A DNA stretch of 59,921 nucleotides from a virus. Taxonomy: Duplodnaviria; Caudoviricetes. Location: the IMG/VR virus record IMGVR_UViG_3300037071_000511, positions 1 through 59,921 of that record, one strand, 5' to 3'. Both the position numbers and the translations under genes were made by a program. A model generated the notes under the pieces. The model did no database searches. It saw only the letters and a program-made list of their open reading frames with translations, and was not told where the DNA came from. Of this stretch, positions 36,441-45,441 are shown piece after piece (position 1 is the stretch's first letter; every line of letters starts with the position of its first letter).

Positions 36441-37883
36441 ATGACCGCCACCGATAATATCGTGCGCTTCGCACCCCTTACAACTCACAATGTTACGTTG
36501 CCCGATCACCTGAGTGTCAAGGTGACCAAGGGCAATCTGATCGATGACGCCAGACCGTATGGCTACGATGGCGAAATCTTTTTCGGCGTCTGCTTCATTC
36601 AGGGCGGCCGTATCATGTTCTCGACCGCCATGCCGATCAGCACCATGCTGAAGGTGTCAAAGGTCGATCGCGCCAAGGCAGGCTCGACCGTCAGCGAGGT
36701 GATGGAGAAGGCCAACCGGCCCAAGATCGCTGGCCATGCGCAGGCACTTCGCAAGTACCTGCTCAACACCGCATGCGTAGGCGAGAAGTTCATCCTGCCC
36801 GGGATGAGCTTCAATTTCGGTGATGAGAGCACGACCCCGGAAGACGCGCCGGATGCAGTGCTCGTCATCTACGCCGACGAGAACGAACAGGCGAGCAATG
36901 GCTGGCCGGCCCGCTTCCACCTGCCCCGCGCCATCCTGCTCGATACGACGGACGGCGGTCACCGTGGCGGCGAAACCGCTGCCATCATCAACGACGGCGG
37001 CAATAGCTTTACGACGGATCAGGAACGCGAGAACCTGCGCCGCAATGCCGTGCCCGTGACCATCATCTTCGAGCGCAAGCGCATCGATGCGCATCAGGAT
37101 TTTGCTGATGCTGCGCGGGCAAAGCCGATCACCGGCTCGCTGATCTCCACCTTCGACGTCCGCGATCTTCGCAATTCGCGCACCATCAGGCTGGTCGAGA
37201 GCGTGCCGTTCCTGAAGCATTACGTCGATGCGACGGCGGCCAACGTCAACCTGTCGGCAGGCAGTCTGAAAATATGGTCGATGTCGGCAGCGCGTGGCTT
37301 CGTCAGCCACATTCAGGATCGCTATCCTCCAGCCAAGGATGGCGACGTCGAGAAGACTCTGGTCGAGAAACTGGAGGGTGCCGAGGATTTCTTCGGCTCC
37401 GTCATCCAGCACATGCCGCAGCTTCACACGCTTGACCTTGCTCGCCTTGAAGCAGATGCGCGCAAGCAATCCAGTGCTCCAGTGGCAACGCCCCCGGTGC
37501 GCACGGAGACGCCCAAGACGTTCCGCAACAAGCGGGGCGGCGACATCGCCCTGCGCGGCGTCGGTCTGAGCCTTCTGGCGCGGGCCTTCATCCATGCCAA
37601 GGAATACGGCATGAGCTTCGATGACGTGGCGCAGAGACTGGGACAGGTCGACTGGCACCTGCTCGACATCGAGAAGGATCAGCTTCCTGATCCGACGACA
37701 GACGAGGGTCGCCAGACCTTCGCCGCCGAGGTCAAGAAGCATGTGCTGCCCATCTGGGGATCGATGGTGATCATTGGCGAGAGCCGTTACAAGATCGGCT
37801 CCTCCAACGAGGAGGCCAATGGTGCGTGGGAACGCATCAAGGCCAAGCACTTCGATGCGCCGCAGACGCTCGCTGCCGAGTAG
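36441..37883 (+). CDS. DndB/DGQHR-family ParB-like protein
   Basis: FILP, TDGGHR and VPV.I......HQDFADA..AKPI..SL...FD.RD motifs; GAGGAG RBS. Confidence 0.7.
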   Translation: MTATDNIVRFAPLTTHNVTLPDHLSVKVTKGNLIDDARPYGYDGEIFFGVCFIQGGRIMFSTAMPISTMLKVSKVDRAKAGSTVSEVMEKANRPKIAGHAQALRKYLLNTACVGEKFILPGMSFNFGDESTTPEDAPDAVLVIYADENEQASNGWPARFHLPRAILLDTTDGGHRGGETAAIINDGGNSFTTDQERENLRRNAVPVTIIFERKRIDAHQDFADAARAKPITGSLISTFDVRDLRNSRTIRLVESVPFLKHYVDATAANVNLSAGSLKIWSMSAARGFVSHIQDRYPPAKDGDVEKTLVEKLEGAEDFFGSVIQHMPQLHTLDLARLEADARKQSSAPVATPPVRTETPKTFRNKRGGDIALRGVGLSLLARAFIHAKEYGMSFDDVAQRLGQVDWHLLDIEKDQLPDPTTDEGRQTFAAEVKKHVLPIWGSMVIIGESRYKIGSSNEEANGAWERIKAKHFDAPQTLAAE

Positions 37884-37901
37884 GCACCACCAAAGCAGAA
37901 A

Positions 37902-37929
37902 GGGGTCGCCAGTGGCGGCCCCTTTTTTT
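37902..37929 (+). terminator. Rho-independent terminator
   Basis: GGGGTCGCC-AGT-GGCGGCCCC followed by T7. Confidence 0.85.
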
Positions 37930-37941
37930 GTGACACACCCC

Positions 37942-37970
37942 CTTGCAATTTCGTAGTACGGTCGCTATGT
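37942..37970 (+). promoter_or_regulatory. sigma70 promoter with operator box
   Basis: CTTGCA-N17-CTATGT with TTCGTAGTACG in the spacer. Confidence 0.75.
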
Positions 37971-38018
37971 TCGTGGTGGAACTAGAAACCAGCGCAGAGC
38001 CCCCGGAGGTGGGCGGTT

Positions 38019-38141
38019 ATGCTGACCAGAAGAATGATGAAGCGAAACAGAGCCAGAGCCAGAGCCAAGCAGAGGATGCGCGCAGTGATGCAGGCGATCT
38101 TCGACACGCTCTTCGGCACAATGAGGGAGATGACCGCGTGA
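38019..38141 (+). CDS. 40-aa arginine-rich peptide (not in ORF track)
   Basis: GGAGGT RBS; MLTRRMMKRNRARARAKQRMRAVMQAIFDTLFGTMREMTA; GTGA-coupled to the next gene. Confidence 0.55.
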   Translation: MLTRRMMKRNRARARAKQRMRAVMQAIFDTLFGTMREMTA

Positions 38142-38461
38142 CTGAACTAGAAACCATGATTGCCGAGATGGCCCGCCTCAAGCAGGCGCGAGCCGATACC
38201 TACCTCGCCCACAGTGAGGCGGATAAGGCCTACACGGAAGGCAGCAAGCGCCTGACCGATGCGCTCATCGCCGCTGGCGGATGGAAGGAAGATCAGGTGA
38301 TCAAGCTGCAGAGCGGTGGCGAGGCCAAGATCGGCCACTTCCGCCGCACCGACGACGGCACCCTGATGGCGGCCTGCTACGACCGCACCGGAAACGGTGC
38401 ATGGAGCAAGCGCGCCCGCCTGCTCGTCACACTCAGAACCCCTGCGAAGGAGACAGCATGA
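38138..38461 (+). CDS. Early hypothetical protein
   Basis: GAGGGAG RBS; GTG at 38138 (or ATG at 38156). Confidence 0.6.
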   Translation: MTELETMIAEMARLKQARADTYLAHSEADKAYTEGSKRLTDALIAAGGWKEDQVIKLQSGGEAKIGHFRRTDDGTLMAACYDRTGNGAWSKRARLLVTLRTPAKETA

Positions 38462-38805
38462 CCAACCCGGCAAGAGAAGCCCTGACCCGCGCGGTCAATC
38501 GAGCGATCGAGGAAGGCGCACCCGTCTACGTCAACAAGGCGGACCCTACCCTCCTGACCACCATGCCCACACTGGGCCTCACTGACAGCGGTGCCGAGAT
38601 CAAGATGCGCCGCACCCTGCCCAATCGCAGCGGCAACCTCGCGGCCGAGATCGTGCTCTGTCACCTGCCTTGGAACACGGTCACCCCGTTCGTGACGTGG
38701 CAGGCCAACACCGATAGCCAGTACGGCGGGACGTACTGGGGCCATTACTTCAAGGCCGACGAGGCCGACGAGGCCGTAACCGATTTCATGAAGAGAGGAC
38801 GCTGA
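38458..38805 (+). CDS. Early hypothetical protein
   Basis: AAGGAG RBS; PFVTW...YWGHYF motif. Confidence 0.65.
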   Translation: MTNPAREALTRAVNRAIEEGAPVYVNKADPTLLTTMPTLGLTDSGAEIKMRRTLPNRSGNLAAEIVLCHLPWNTVTPFVTWQANTDSQYGGTYWGHYFKADEADEAVTDFMKRGR

Positions 38806-38806
38806 C

Positions 38807-39334
38807 ATGCTCGCCAACAAAATCCAATTCGGCAAGGAGTACGCCGTCAACTACAAGGGCGCGCTCCACTCCCTGCGCGTGACCGAGATGCACAACATCC
38901 GCACCGGGAACCATAACGCCACCAACTACGTCGTTGGCAGCATCACCACCGCCGAGCCGAACGAGATCGGCATGTATCCCACGGTCAAGTTCCAAGCCTC
39001 CGACATCCTCGATGAGGTCGAGAAGTACCGCGAACTGGTCGAGGAGAAGGCCCGCCAGAAGCGCGAAACCGACGCCCGGATCGAGGCAGCTACCGCCAAG
39101 AAGGAACTGGCCGCCACCCTGCTCGCCAAGGCGATCGGCGTGCCGGTCATCCTCACGACCAAGGCAGGGAACTATGCGCAGATGGCGCAGGAGGCCCACG
39201 TCAGCGCGAGCAGCTACAGCGGCATCGTTGTTGACGCGAAGGCCTTCGACGCCCTGATCGTCTACCTGCAGCACGCAGGCGTTACCGTGGGCGAAACGGT
39301 TGACGCCGCTGGGCTCTTCAAGGAAGAGGCATGA
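38807..39334 (+). CDS. Early hypothetical protein
   Basis: 175 aa, high GC3. Confidence 0.7.
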   Translation: MLANKIQFGKEYAVNYKGALHSLRVTEMHNIRTGNHNATNYVVGSITTAEPNEIGMYPTVKFQASDILDEVEKYRELVEEKARQKRETDARIEAATAKKELAATLLAKAIGVPVILTTKAGNYAQMAQEAHVSASSYSGIVVDAKAFDALIVYLQHAGVTVGETVDAAGLFKEEA

Positions 39335-39514
39335 ATGCGAATCAACCACGTCGAAGACGCCGACATCGCCACCCTGCGCAACATCCTCGTTCGCCTGTAT
39401 GATGCCACCCGGCTGTCGGATGACGAGCGCCGCGATCTGGCGACCATCATGCACCTGATCCTCGATCGCATCGAGACGGCCGACGTCGAGGTGAAGGAGC
39501 CCGAGCATGGCTGA
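39335..39514 (+). CDS. Small hypothetical protein (59 aa, not in ORF track)
   Basis: MRINHVEDADIATLRNILVRLYD...; fills the gap between neighbours. Confidence 0.55.
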   Translation: MRINHVEDADIATLRNILVRLYDATRLSDDERRDLATIMHLILDRIETADVEVKEPEHG

Positions 39515-40256
39515 CGAATTTCCTGCCCAGCAACCAGCGTTTCTCAGCGAGTGGAACTTCGTCACGGCGACCGGGGCACCGCCGCTGACTACGGAGGTGC
39601 GGCTCAATCAGACCTCGCAGAAGGCCGCGAACCGACTGCGGATTCACAAGATCACCGCTAACGGTATCGATGCATCCATCCAACTGGACGTGGTCAAGAT
39701 CGGTGACGTGATCAAACTTCATGACCTCAACGATACGACCAAGTGGCATGACTTCGCGGTCACTGCCGCCCCGATCAAACAGGTGGACTACTGGGATTAC
39801 CCGGTCAATTGGCAGACTGGCGGGGGAAATTCCCTGACCGCCGGGAAGGTCGCCATCAACCTGCCCACTATCGGCATCAGCGTCAGTGTCACTGCCCCCG
39901 CTGCCCTGCACGTCGCCACCAATCACGTCGACATCACCGGGCAGTTGATCATCCGCGACTTTGCCTATCCGTTCCAAGGCATTCACTACACCAACCCCGG
40001 CCTGACGCGCCGCCAGTGGTACGCCGGGATGGCGATGCAGGGATGGATCGCCAATGCGGCATCACCTGCCGCCAACCTGATCGGCAAGATCGCTGACTAT
40101 TGCTTCAAGGTCGCCGACTCGATGATCGAGCATGAGGACGCAGAGGCCGCGGGCGAGTCACAGCCGGTCGCTGGGCAACCCAAGGTGACGACCATCGAGC
40201 AACTGAAGAACGAGCAGGCCGCCGAGGTTCAGGCGCTGGCCCGCAAGGCGTCCTGA
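39507..40256 (+). CDS. Fusion of a tail-fibre-type beta domain and a G(M/L)T.R..(F/Y)A..AMQG phage domain
   Basis: N-terminal ~120 aa aligns by eye with two repeats in 14057..16555; C-terminal GLTRRQWYAGMAMQG...ADSMI. Confidence 0.65.
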   Translation: MADEFPAQQPAFLSEWNFVTATGAPPLTTEVRLNQTSQKAANRLRIHKITANGIDASIQLDVVKIGDVIKLHDLNDTTKWHDFAVTAAPIKQVDYWDYPVNWQTGGGNSLTAGKVAINLPTIGISVSVTAPAALHVATNHVDITGQLIIRDFAYPFQGIHYTNPGLTRRQWYAGMAMQGWIANAASPAANLIGKIADYCFKVADSMIEHEDAEAAGESQPVAGQPKVTTIEQLKNEQAAEVQALARKAS

Positions 40257-40274
40257 ATTTATTTTCGTAGCACG

Positions 40275-40303
40275 GTTGACAACGGAGAATCCAAGCTCTA
40301 CCT
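40275..40303 (+). promoter_or_regulatory. sigma70 promoter with flanking operator boxes
   Basis: GTTGAC-N17-CTACCT; TTTCGTAGCAC upstream and inverted GTACTACGTAA downstream. Confidence 0.7.
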
Positions 40304-40341
40304 GTACTACGTAAGTTCAACGCGCATGGGATAGATGCCCA

Positions 40342-41262
40342 ATGAACACCACCATCACCACCCCCCGGAAACCGGGCGACTACCTGTTCGAGGAAGGCTT
40401 CGACGCCGACTTCGGCAGAGAGCCCACCACCCCCGAGGACATCCGCAAGAACGCCCACGTCGTCAACGGCGGCGAGCAGCAGTTCACCTGCCCCGCCTGC
40501 AGAGGCAGAGGGCGCTTCATCAGCTACGCTGGCCGCGATGTCGGACCCTGCTTCAAGTGCAAGGGCACCAAGTTCATCACCAAGGGCCAGAACGCCGCGA
40601 TCAAGGGCAAGGCCACCAAGGAGCGCAACAAGCTCGACTGGGCACAGGCCAACACCGAGGTGATCGCCTACGCCACCAAGCGCCGCGACAAGGGTAGCCA
40701 GTTCTACGCTGGCCTGCTGACCAGCCTCGACGCCTACGGCCACTGGACCGAGAATCAGGTCGCCCTGATCCACCGCGACATGGCCAAGGATGCCGAGTTC
40801 TTCAAGAAGCGCGAGGCCGCCCGGCCGGTGGTCCCCACCGAGGGCATACAGGCCTTGTTCGACCGGGCTCCGGTCAAGCTGGTCAAGAAGCCGATCTTCA
40901 GGACGACCGAGGTGACGATCAATCAGGCCCCGATGACGGGCAAGAACCCCGGCGCTCTCTACGTCCGCGACACCGACACCGACGACTATCTGGGCATGAT
41001 CAAGGATGGCAAGTGGATCGCCAAGTGGGGCACCAAGGATGTGACCGAGGTGCTGCAGCGGGTAGCTGCCGATCCCACCGCCGAGGCGATCGCCTACGCC
41101 CGGAAGTTCCGGGCCTGCTGCTGCTGCGGCAAGACCCTGCGTGACCCGGTCAGCGTGCTGGCGGTTGTCGGCCCGATCTGCGGACCTCGCTGGGGACTGG
41201 ATCACCTGCGGATGCAGGCGGCCGCGATGCTGGCCGCCGAGAAGGAGCAGGACAATGAATAG
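40342..41262 (+). CDS. Zn-finger protein with C-terminal DUF6011-like domain
   Basis: CPAC.G.G...CFKC.G; C..CG..L.D..S....GP.C. Confidence 0.7.
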   Translation: MNTTITTPRKPGDYLFEEGFDADFGREPTTPEDIRKNAHVVNGGEQQFTCPACRGRGRFISYAGRDVGPCFKCKGTKFITKGQNAAIKGKATKERNKLDWAQANTEVIAYATKRRDKGSQFYAGLLTSLDAYGHWTENQVALIHRDMAKDAEFFKKREAARPVVPTEGIQALFDRAPVKLVKKPIFRTTEVTINQAPMTGKNPGALYVRDTDTDDYLGMIKDGKWIAKWGTKDVTEVLQRVAADPTAEAIAYARKFRACCCCGKTLRDPVSVLAVVGPICGPRWGLDHLRMQAAAMLAAEKEQDNE

Positions 41263-41695
41263 GGCCACCCTGTGGGTATGGGGTCGGGTGGCCCGGGCGG
41301 TCGTGATCATTGGGGCTGCGACCGCCCTCCCTTTACCGGCGCTGGCCGACGATGGCTACCCGCCCAGCCGGTACGATATCGGCGGGGACAGCGAGGCCGA
41401 GGTGCTGCGCAACGTCAGCGACATCTTCGGCACCGACGCACCGCCGCTGATCAGCGTGCCCTACAGGCAGGCCAAGGCCGAGTGCGATCGCATCAACCTG
41501 ATGCGCTACGGCCATCAATACCCGGAAGGCAACGACGGCACCCTTCTGGTGGGTTGCCTGATCCGCGACTGGGACTTCTCGAACCCGGTCATCGTCTACA
41601 GCCACGGTGATCCGACAGACCCGGACTTGGCCCAGCGCCTGCTCCGACATGAGATAGCGCATTTACTGGGCTGGCCACCGGAGCATCCGAGATGA
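41255..41695 (+). CDS. Secreted protein with HExxH motif
   Basis: Signal peptide ending ALA|DD; LLRHEIAHLLGW near the C-terminus. Confidence 0.6.
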   Translation: MNRATLWVWGRVARAVVIIGAATALPLPALADDGYPPSRYDIGGDSEAEVLRNVSDIFGTDAPPLISVPYRQAKAECDRINLMRYGHQYPEGNDGTLLVGCLIRDWDFSNPVIVYSHGDPTDPDLAQRLLRHEIAHLLGWPPEHPR

Positions 41696-42102
41696 ACGGT
41701 CATGGCCATTCAAGACCACCCACCAGAACCTACAAAAGCTGGGCTGACATGATCCAGCGCTGCGAGAATCCTAAACGCTCAAAGTTCAAATACTACGGCG
41801 GGCGCGGCATCACGGTCTGCGAGCGCTGGTATGACTTCGCCAATTTCCTCGCTGACATGGGCGAGCGCCCGGAGGGCAGGAGCATCGATCGCATCGACAA
41901 CGATGGCAACTACGAGCCCGGCAATTGTCGATGGGCGACCCGGGCAGAGCAATTGGCTAACCGCAAAAAGAAGTATTCCCGCAAATTCACGGACGCCCAG
42001 ATCGCTGCGATCCGGGCAGATGGCCGATCGGAGCGGGCCATAGCGGCTGAGTATAGCTGTGCTCACTCCACGATCGGCAACATCAAACACAGGAGAGACT
42101 AA
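41692..42102 (+). CDS. HNH endonuclease (homing type) with C-terminal HTH
   Basis: Y.SW..M..RC, YGGRGI.VC.RW and SIDRIDNDGNYEPGNCRWAT. Confidence 0.85.
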   Translation: MNGHGHSRPPTRTYKSWADMIQRCENPKRSKFKYYGGRGITVCERWYDFANFLADMGERPEGRSIDRIDNDGNYEPGNCRWATRAEQLANRKKKYSRKFTDAQIAAIRADGRSERAIAAEYSCAHSTIGNIKHRRD

Positions 42103-43016
42103 TGAGCAACGCTTGGTACTGGTGGCAGAAGGCTCTCGAAAGCCCCAAGGAAATCGGACAGCAGCACCTGCCAGTCAGCGTCGACTCGCCAGAGCAGGGC
42201 TTCTACCGCATCCGCTTCAAAGACAAGCTGTGGGAGCCGGTCGCCATCTGGAAAGAGATGGGCAAGTGGGTGGCGCTGCGCAACGGCAAGCCCGTCGACG
42301 CGATGCAGGTATGGAACTGGTGCTGCCGCAACCCGGTGACCGCCGAGGCCTACGAGAACGCTCTGGCTGGCGAAGGCTGGGCGGATGACGATCCCACCGT
42401 GGTCGCCATGATGGGCCACAACGTCGGCGACACCGACGACATCGAGACGCTGGCCGATCAGATCGAGAGCGCCAAGGTTGGTGCCGAGGCCTACCGGGAT
42501 ATCCAGTCCGAGGAGGAGGCCGCCAAGGCGCAGTCGCTCCGGGCGAGGCTGAATGAATTGAGCGGCCAAGCCGACAAGAAGCGCGAGGCTTTCAAGAAGC
42601 CGCACCTCGAAGCGGGCAAGGCCATCGACCAGAAATGGATGCCGCTGGTGAAGGAAGCCAAGGGCATCGCCGATCAGCTTCGCAAGTACATCGAGGTCTT
42701 CAAAACGGCCCAGCTATTGCAACGCCGCCTTGAGGAACGGCAGCGGGAAGATGCGGCGCGGAAGGCTGGGGAGGATGCCCCTGCGCCGCCCCCGCTGCCA
42801 CCCGTCGACACCACCATCAAGGGCAGTTACGGCAGGGCCGCCACCGTTGGCACCGAGCTAGTCGTCACCGCCATCACCGATCAGGACGCGGTGTACCAGT
42901 TCTTCCGCGACAACCCCGATCTGCAGGCCTGCCTGTTCAAGCTGGCGCAGTGGGGGATCAAGGCGCAACTCGCCGTCCCCGGCATCACCACAGAAGAGAG
43001 AGCAAAGATATCATGA
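42102..43016 (+). CDS. Recombination-region coiled-coil protein (possibly Gam/Gp157-like)
   Basis: Long helical core ending VPG; upstream of Bet. Confidence 0.55.
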   Translation: MSNAWYWWQKALESPKEIGQQHLPVSVDSPEQGFYRIRFKDKLWEPVAIWKEMGKWVALRNGKPVDAMQVWNWCCRNPVTAEAYENALAGEGWADDDPTVVAMMGHNVGDTDDIETLADQIESAKVGAEAYRDIQSEEEAAKAQSLRARLNELSGQADKKREAFKKPHLEAGKAIDQKWMPLVKEAKGIADQLRKYIEVFKTAQLLQRRLEERQREDAARKAGEDAPAPPPLPPVDTTIKGSYGRAATVGTELVVTAITDQDAVYQFFRDNPDLQACLFKLAQWGIKAQLAVPGITTEERAKIS

Positions 43017-43435
43017 CGATCGAGTTCAAAGAGCGCCGCACCTTCGACCGGGAGGACTACAACCCGTACATTGGCAAGCTGGGCAACGAGCGCCTGCAGC
43101 CGCTGCCCAACGCCGAGGATGTCGATCCGATCGAGTTCCTCAACCACATCGCATCTGGCGGCCACATGATGCAGCCGGTCTGGGGCTATGCGCTCACGCC
43201 AAGTGGCAGCAACCAGTGGACCCAATTTTTCATCACGTCGTACATGATGTCCGGGTGCGACGGCGGTGGCTATGCCGTCACCTACAGCAGTCGTAAGGAA
43301 GGCCCGTATGTCAGGCGCTTCCGCATCTGTGCGCACGAAGTGCAAGACCATCCCGGCGCGAACCACAATCGCGGCTGGCACCCCGGCCACTGCGTCAAGT
43401 GTGGCTTCGACATGACCTACGATTCAGGAGATTGA
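43013..43435 (+). CDS. Hypothetical protein with C-terminal Cys/His cluster
   Basis: C.H...C..CG.D...DS. Confidence 0.6.
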   Translation: MTIEFKERRTFDREDYNPYIGKLGNERLQPLPNAEDVDPIEFLNHIASGGHMMQPVWGYALTPSGSNQWTQFFITSYMMSGCDGGGYAVTYSSRKEGPYVRRFRICAHEVQDHPGANHNRGWHPGHCVKCGFDMTYDSGD

Positions 43436-43436
43436 G

Positions 43437-43616
43437 ATGGGCGAAGAAGCGACACTGGCCGAGATCATTGCCTTGCTCGACAAGGCGGCCACCATTCTGA
43501 CCAAGGAGATTCCACAGCCCGACGCAATGTACGTCTCTGAATGGAACGCCACGCCGATCGGCCGCGCCGTTGGTGCGATCGGTGAAGCTCTCTCACTGCT
43601 GGAGGATTTAGAATGA
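43437..43616 (+). CDS. Small hypothetical protein (not in ORF track)
   Basis: AGGAG RBS; MGEEATLAEII...; ATGA-coupled to bet. Confidence 0.55.
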   Translation: MGEEATLAEIIALLDKAATILTKEIPQPDAMYVSEWNATPIGRAVGAIGEALSLLEDLE

Positions 43617-44548
43617 ACGCCCAACCCAAACAACAACTGATGCTGCTCGACGGGATGGCGGCCAAGTACGGCCTCGCCCCGCAGGAGTTCAGCGCCACGG
43701 TGCGCATGGCCTGCGGCATGCCCAACGCCAGCCCGGAAGAGTTCGCCGCGTTCGTGTCGGTCTGCCGGGAGTACGGGCTCAACCCGATCACCCGGGAAAT
43801 CTACGCCATGCCAAAAAAAGGGGGCGGGCTGATCCCGGTCGTCGGCATCGATGGCTGGATTCATTTGATCAACGACCACCCGGCGGCGGATGGGTTCGAG
43901 TTCGATGTCCATGAGAAGGACGGCGAACTGGTGGCGATCACCTGCCGCATGTTCCGCAAGGATCGCGCGCACCCGGTCGAGGTCACCGAATACCTGTCCG
44001 AGTGCGTCCGGGTGAGTGATCCTTGGAAGATGAAGCACCGCATGCTGCGCCACAAGGCGCTGATCCAAGCGGCGCGCTATGCCTTCGGATTCAGCGGCAT
44101 CTACGAGGAGGATGAGGCCGAGCGCTTCGCAGGGATGAAGGATGTCACGCCGCCCAAGCCTCCGTCTCTGAGCCAGCCGATCCTATCGCGAGAGCCGGTG
44201 TCGTCGGTCCAGCGCATGCCGACACCACCCAAGCCACCTGTCAATGGGAAACAAACTGCCCCGAAACAGGAGCAAACGGTTCCCATTGACATCGAACTGC
44301 ACAATCTGTCCGTGCCCGGTTCGTTCGAGGAGGTGGTCGACGGCAGCACCGGGGAGGTGAGCACGCCCGGGCAGATGCTGTCCGATCTGGACGACGCGCT
44401 CGACAGCGCCACCACCGAGGCCGAGATCGAGGAAATCTGGAACGAGCACGATCTCCCAGCCAAGCTGCAGAACATCACCAAGGGCGACGAGTTCATTGGC
44501 GTGGCGATCGGCATCAAGCGCAGGCACCTGAAGCGGGTGACGCCATGA
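43613..44548 (+). CDS. bet: Single-strand annealing recombinase, lambda Bet/RecT family
   Basis: YGLNP..REIY, PVVGIDGW, EY..EC and W....RMLRHKA.IQ.AR.AFG..GIY..DEAE. Confidence 0.88.
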   Translation: MNAQPKQQLMLLDGMAAKYGLAPQEFSATVRMACGMPNASPEEFAAFVSVCREYGLNPITREIYAMPKKGGGLIPVVGIDGWIHLINDHPAADGFEFDVHEKDGELVAITCRMFRKDRAHPVEVTEYLSECVRVSDPWKMKHRMLRHKALIQAARYAFGFSGIYEEDEAERFAGMKDVTPPKPPSLSQPILSREPVSSVQRMPTPPKPPVNGKQTAPKQEQTVPIDIELHNLSVPGSFEEVVDGSTGEVSTPGQMLSDLDDALDSATTEAEIEEIWNEHDLPAKLQNITKGDEFIGVAIGIKRRHLKRVTP

Positions 44549-45441
44549 CCGTCCTGCGCGGCAAGAGCGACGACAGCCCCACCATCACCATGCGCATCGA
44601 GAAGGGGCGGCTGGTGCCGGTAAGCGCCTACGATCTGGAGCTTGTGAACCAGTGGCACGAAGGGGCCGAGGTCAACGTCGACGTCGTGCGCGTCAAGGTG
44701 CGCCCGGCCGAGAAGGCCTACTTCGCCATGCTGTCGCACCTGATCAAGACGGCCGACACGCCGTGGAGCAATACGGAAACGGCGCACGAAGCGATCAAAC
44801 TGGCCGCAGGGTTCACCGATCCCTACAAGAAAAAGAACGGCGAATGGGGCGCGCACCCCCGCCACATTGCTACGTTTACAGACCGGGAACTTTCGGAGTT
44901 CGTAACTATTTTTGAGGGGATCGTTCAGGAGAGGTTTGGGATAGACCCGGGAACGCTTAAGAGGGAAGCCCCGAACAGTAGATTCGTATCGTCTGGCGCA
45001 GTCGGTGACGACGCAGCCGATGATGCCCCCAGCGCACGCCCTATCCCGGTGGGCGCTGGGGTGCCTATACCGCCCGGGGCTCGACCTTCGGCCGGTGTAC
45101 CAGAGGCAGGCGGTGGCGTCGAAGCCATCCCTCGCGACGTGTCGCCGCCTGCCCGCGGTCCTATCCTATCTCAAGACGAATGGCACTGGGTGCGTCAGAC
45201 CGCCCGGATGCTAGTGGCCGCAACAGAGCCGGGCGGTGACGTTGGCATTCTGAACCGGCAGGCGCAGGGGATCAAGGATAACCACACCCCTCCGTCCATC
45301 ACTCCAGAAGCCAAGGATGTCGGTAACCTGATCTACCGTCACTGCCTAGCTGTCTGCAGGGGCAATAGGCCGATCGACCTGAAGTGGATCGCCGGTCAGG
45401 CGCATTGCACGCTGGCCGATCTGCGCCCGGAGGCACGATGA
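44545..45441 (+). CDS. DUF1367/NinB-like protein with a low-complexity linker
   Basis: R.....YFA.L and K..AG motifs; typical position after bet. Confidence 0.5.
   Translation: MTVLRGKSDDSPTITMRIEKGRLVPVSAYDLELVNQWHEGAEVNVDVVRVKVRPAEKAYFAMLSHLIKTADTPWSNTETAHEAIKLAAGFTDPYKKKNGEWGAHPRHIATFTDRELSEFVTIFEGIVQERFGIDPGTLKREAPNSRFVSSGAVGDDAADDAPSARPIPVGAGVPIPPGARPSAGVPEAGGGVEAIPRDVSPPARGPILSQDEWHWVRQTARMLVAATEPGGDVGILNRQAQGIKDNHTPPSITPEAKDVGNLIYRHCLAVCRGNRPIDLKWIAGQAHCTLADLRPEAR

Noticed and set aside
36441-37883. Plasmid-prophage partition system or full Dnd system
   Set aside because: No ParA and no dndACDE genes in the window.
37943-38137. N-terminal extension of the 172-aa ORF
   Set aside because: Its start lies inside the promoter; RBS evidence favours 38019..38141 plus a start at 38138.
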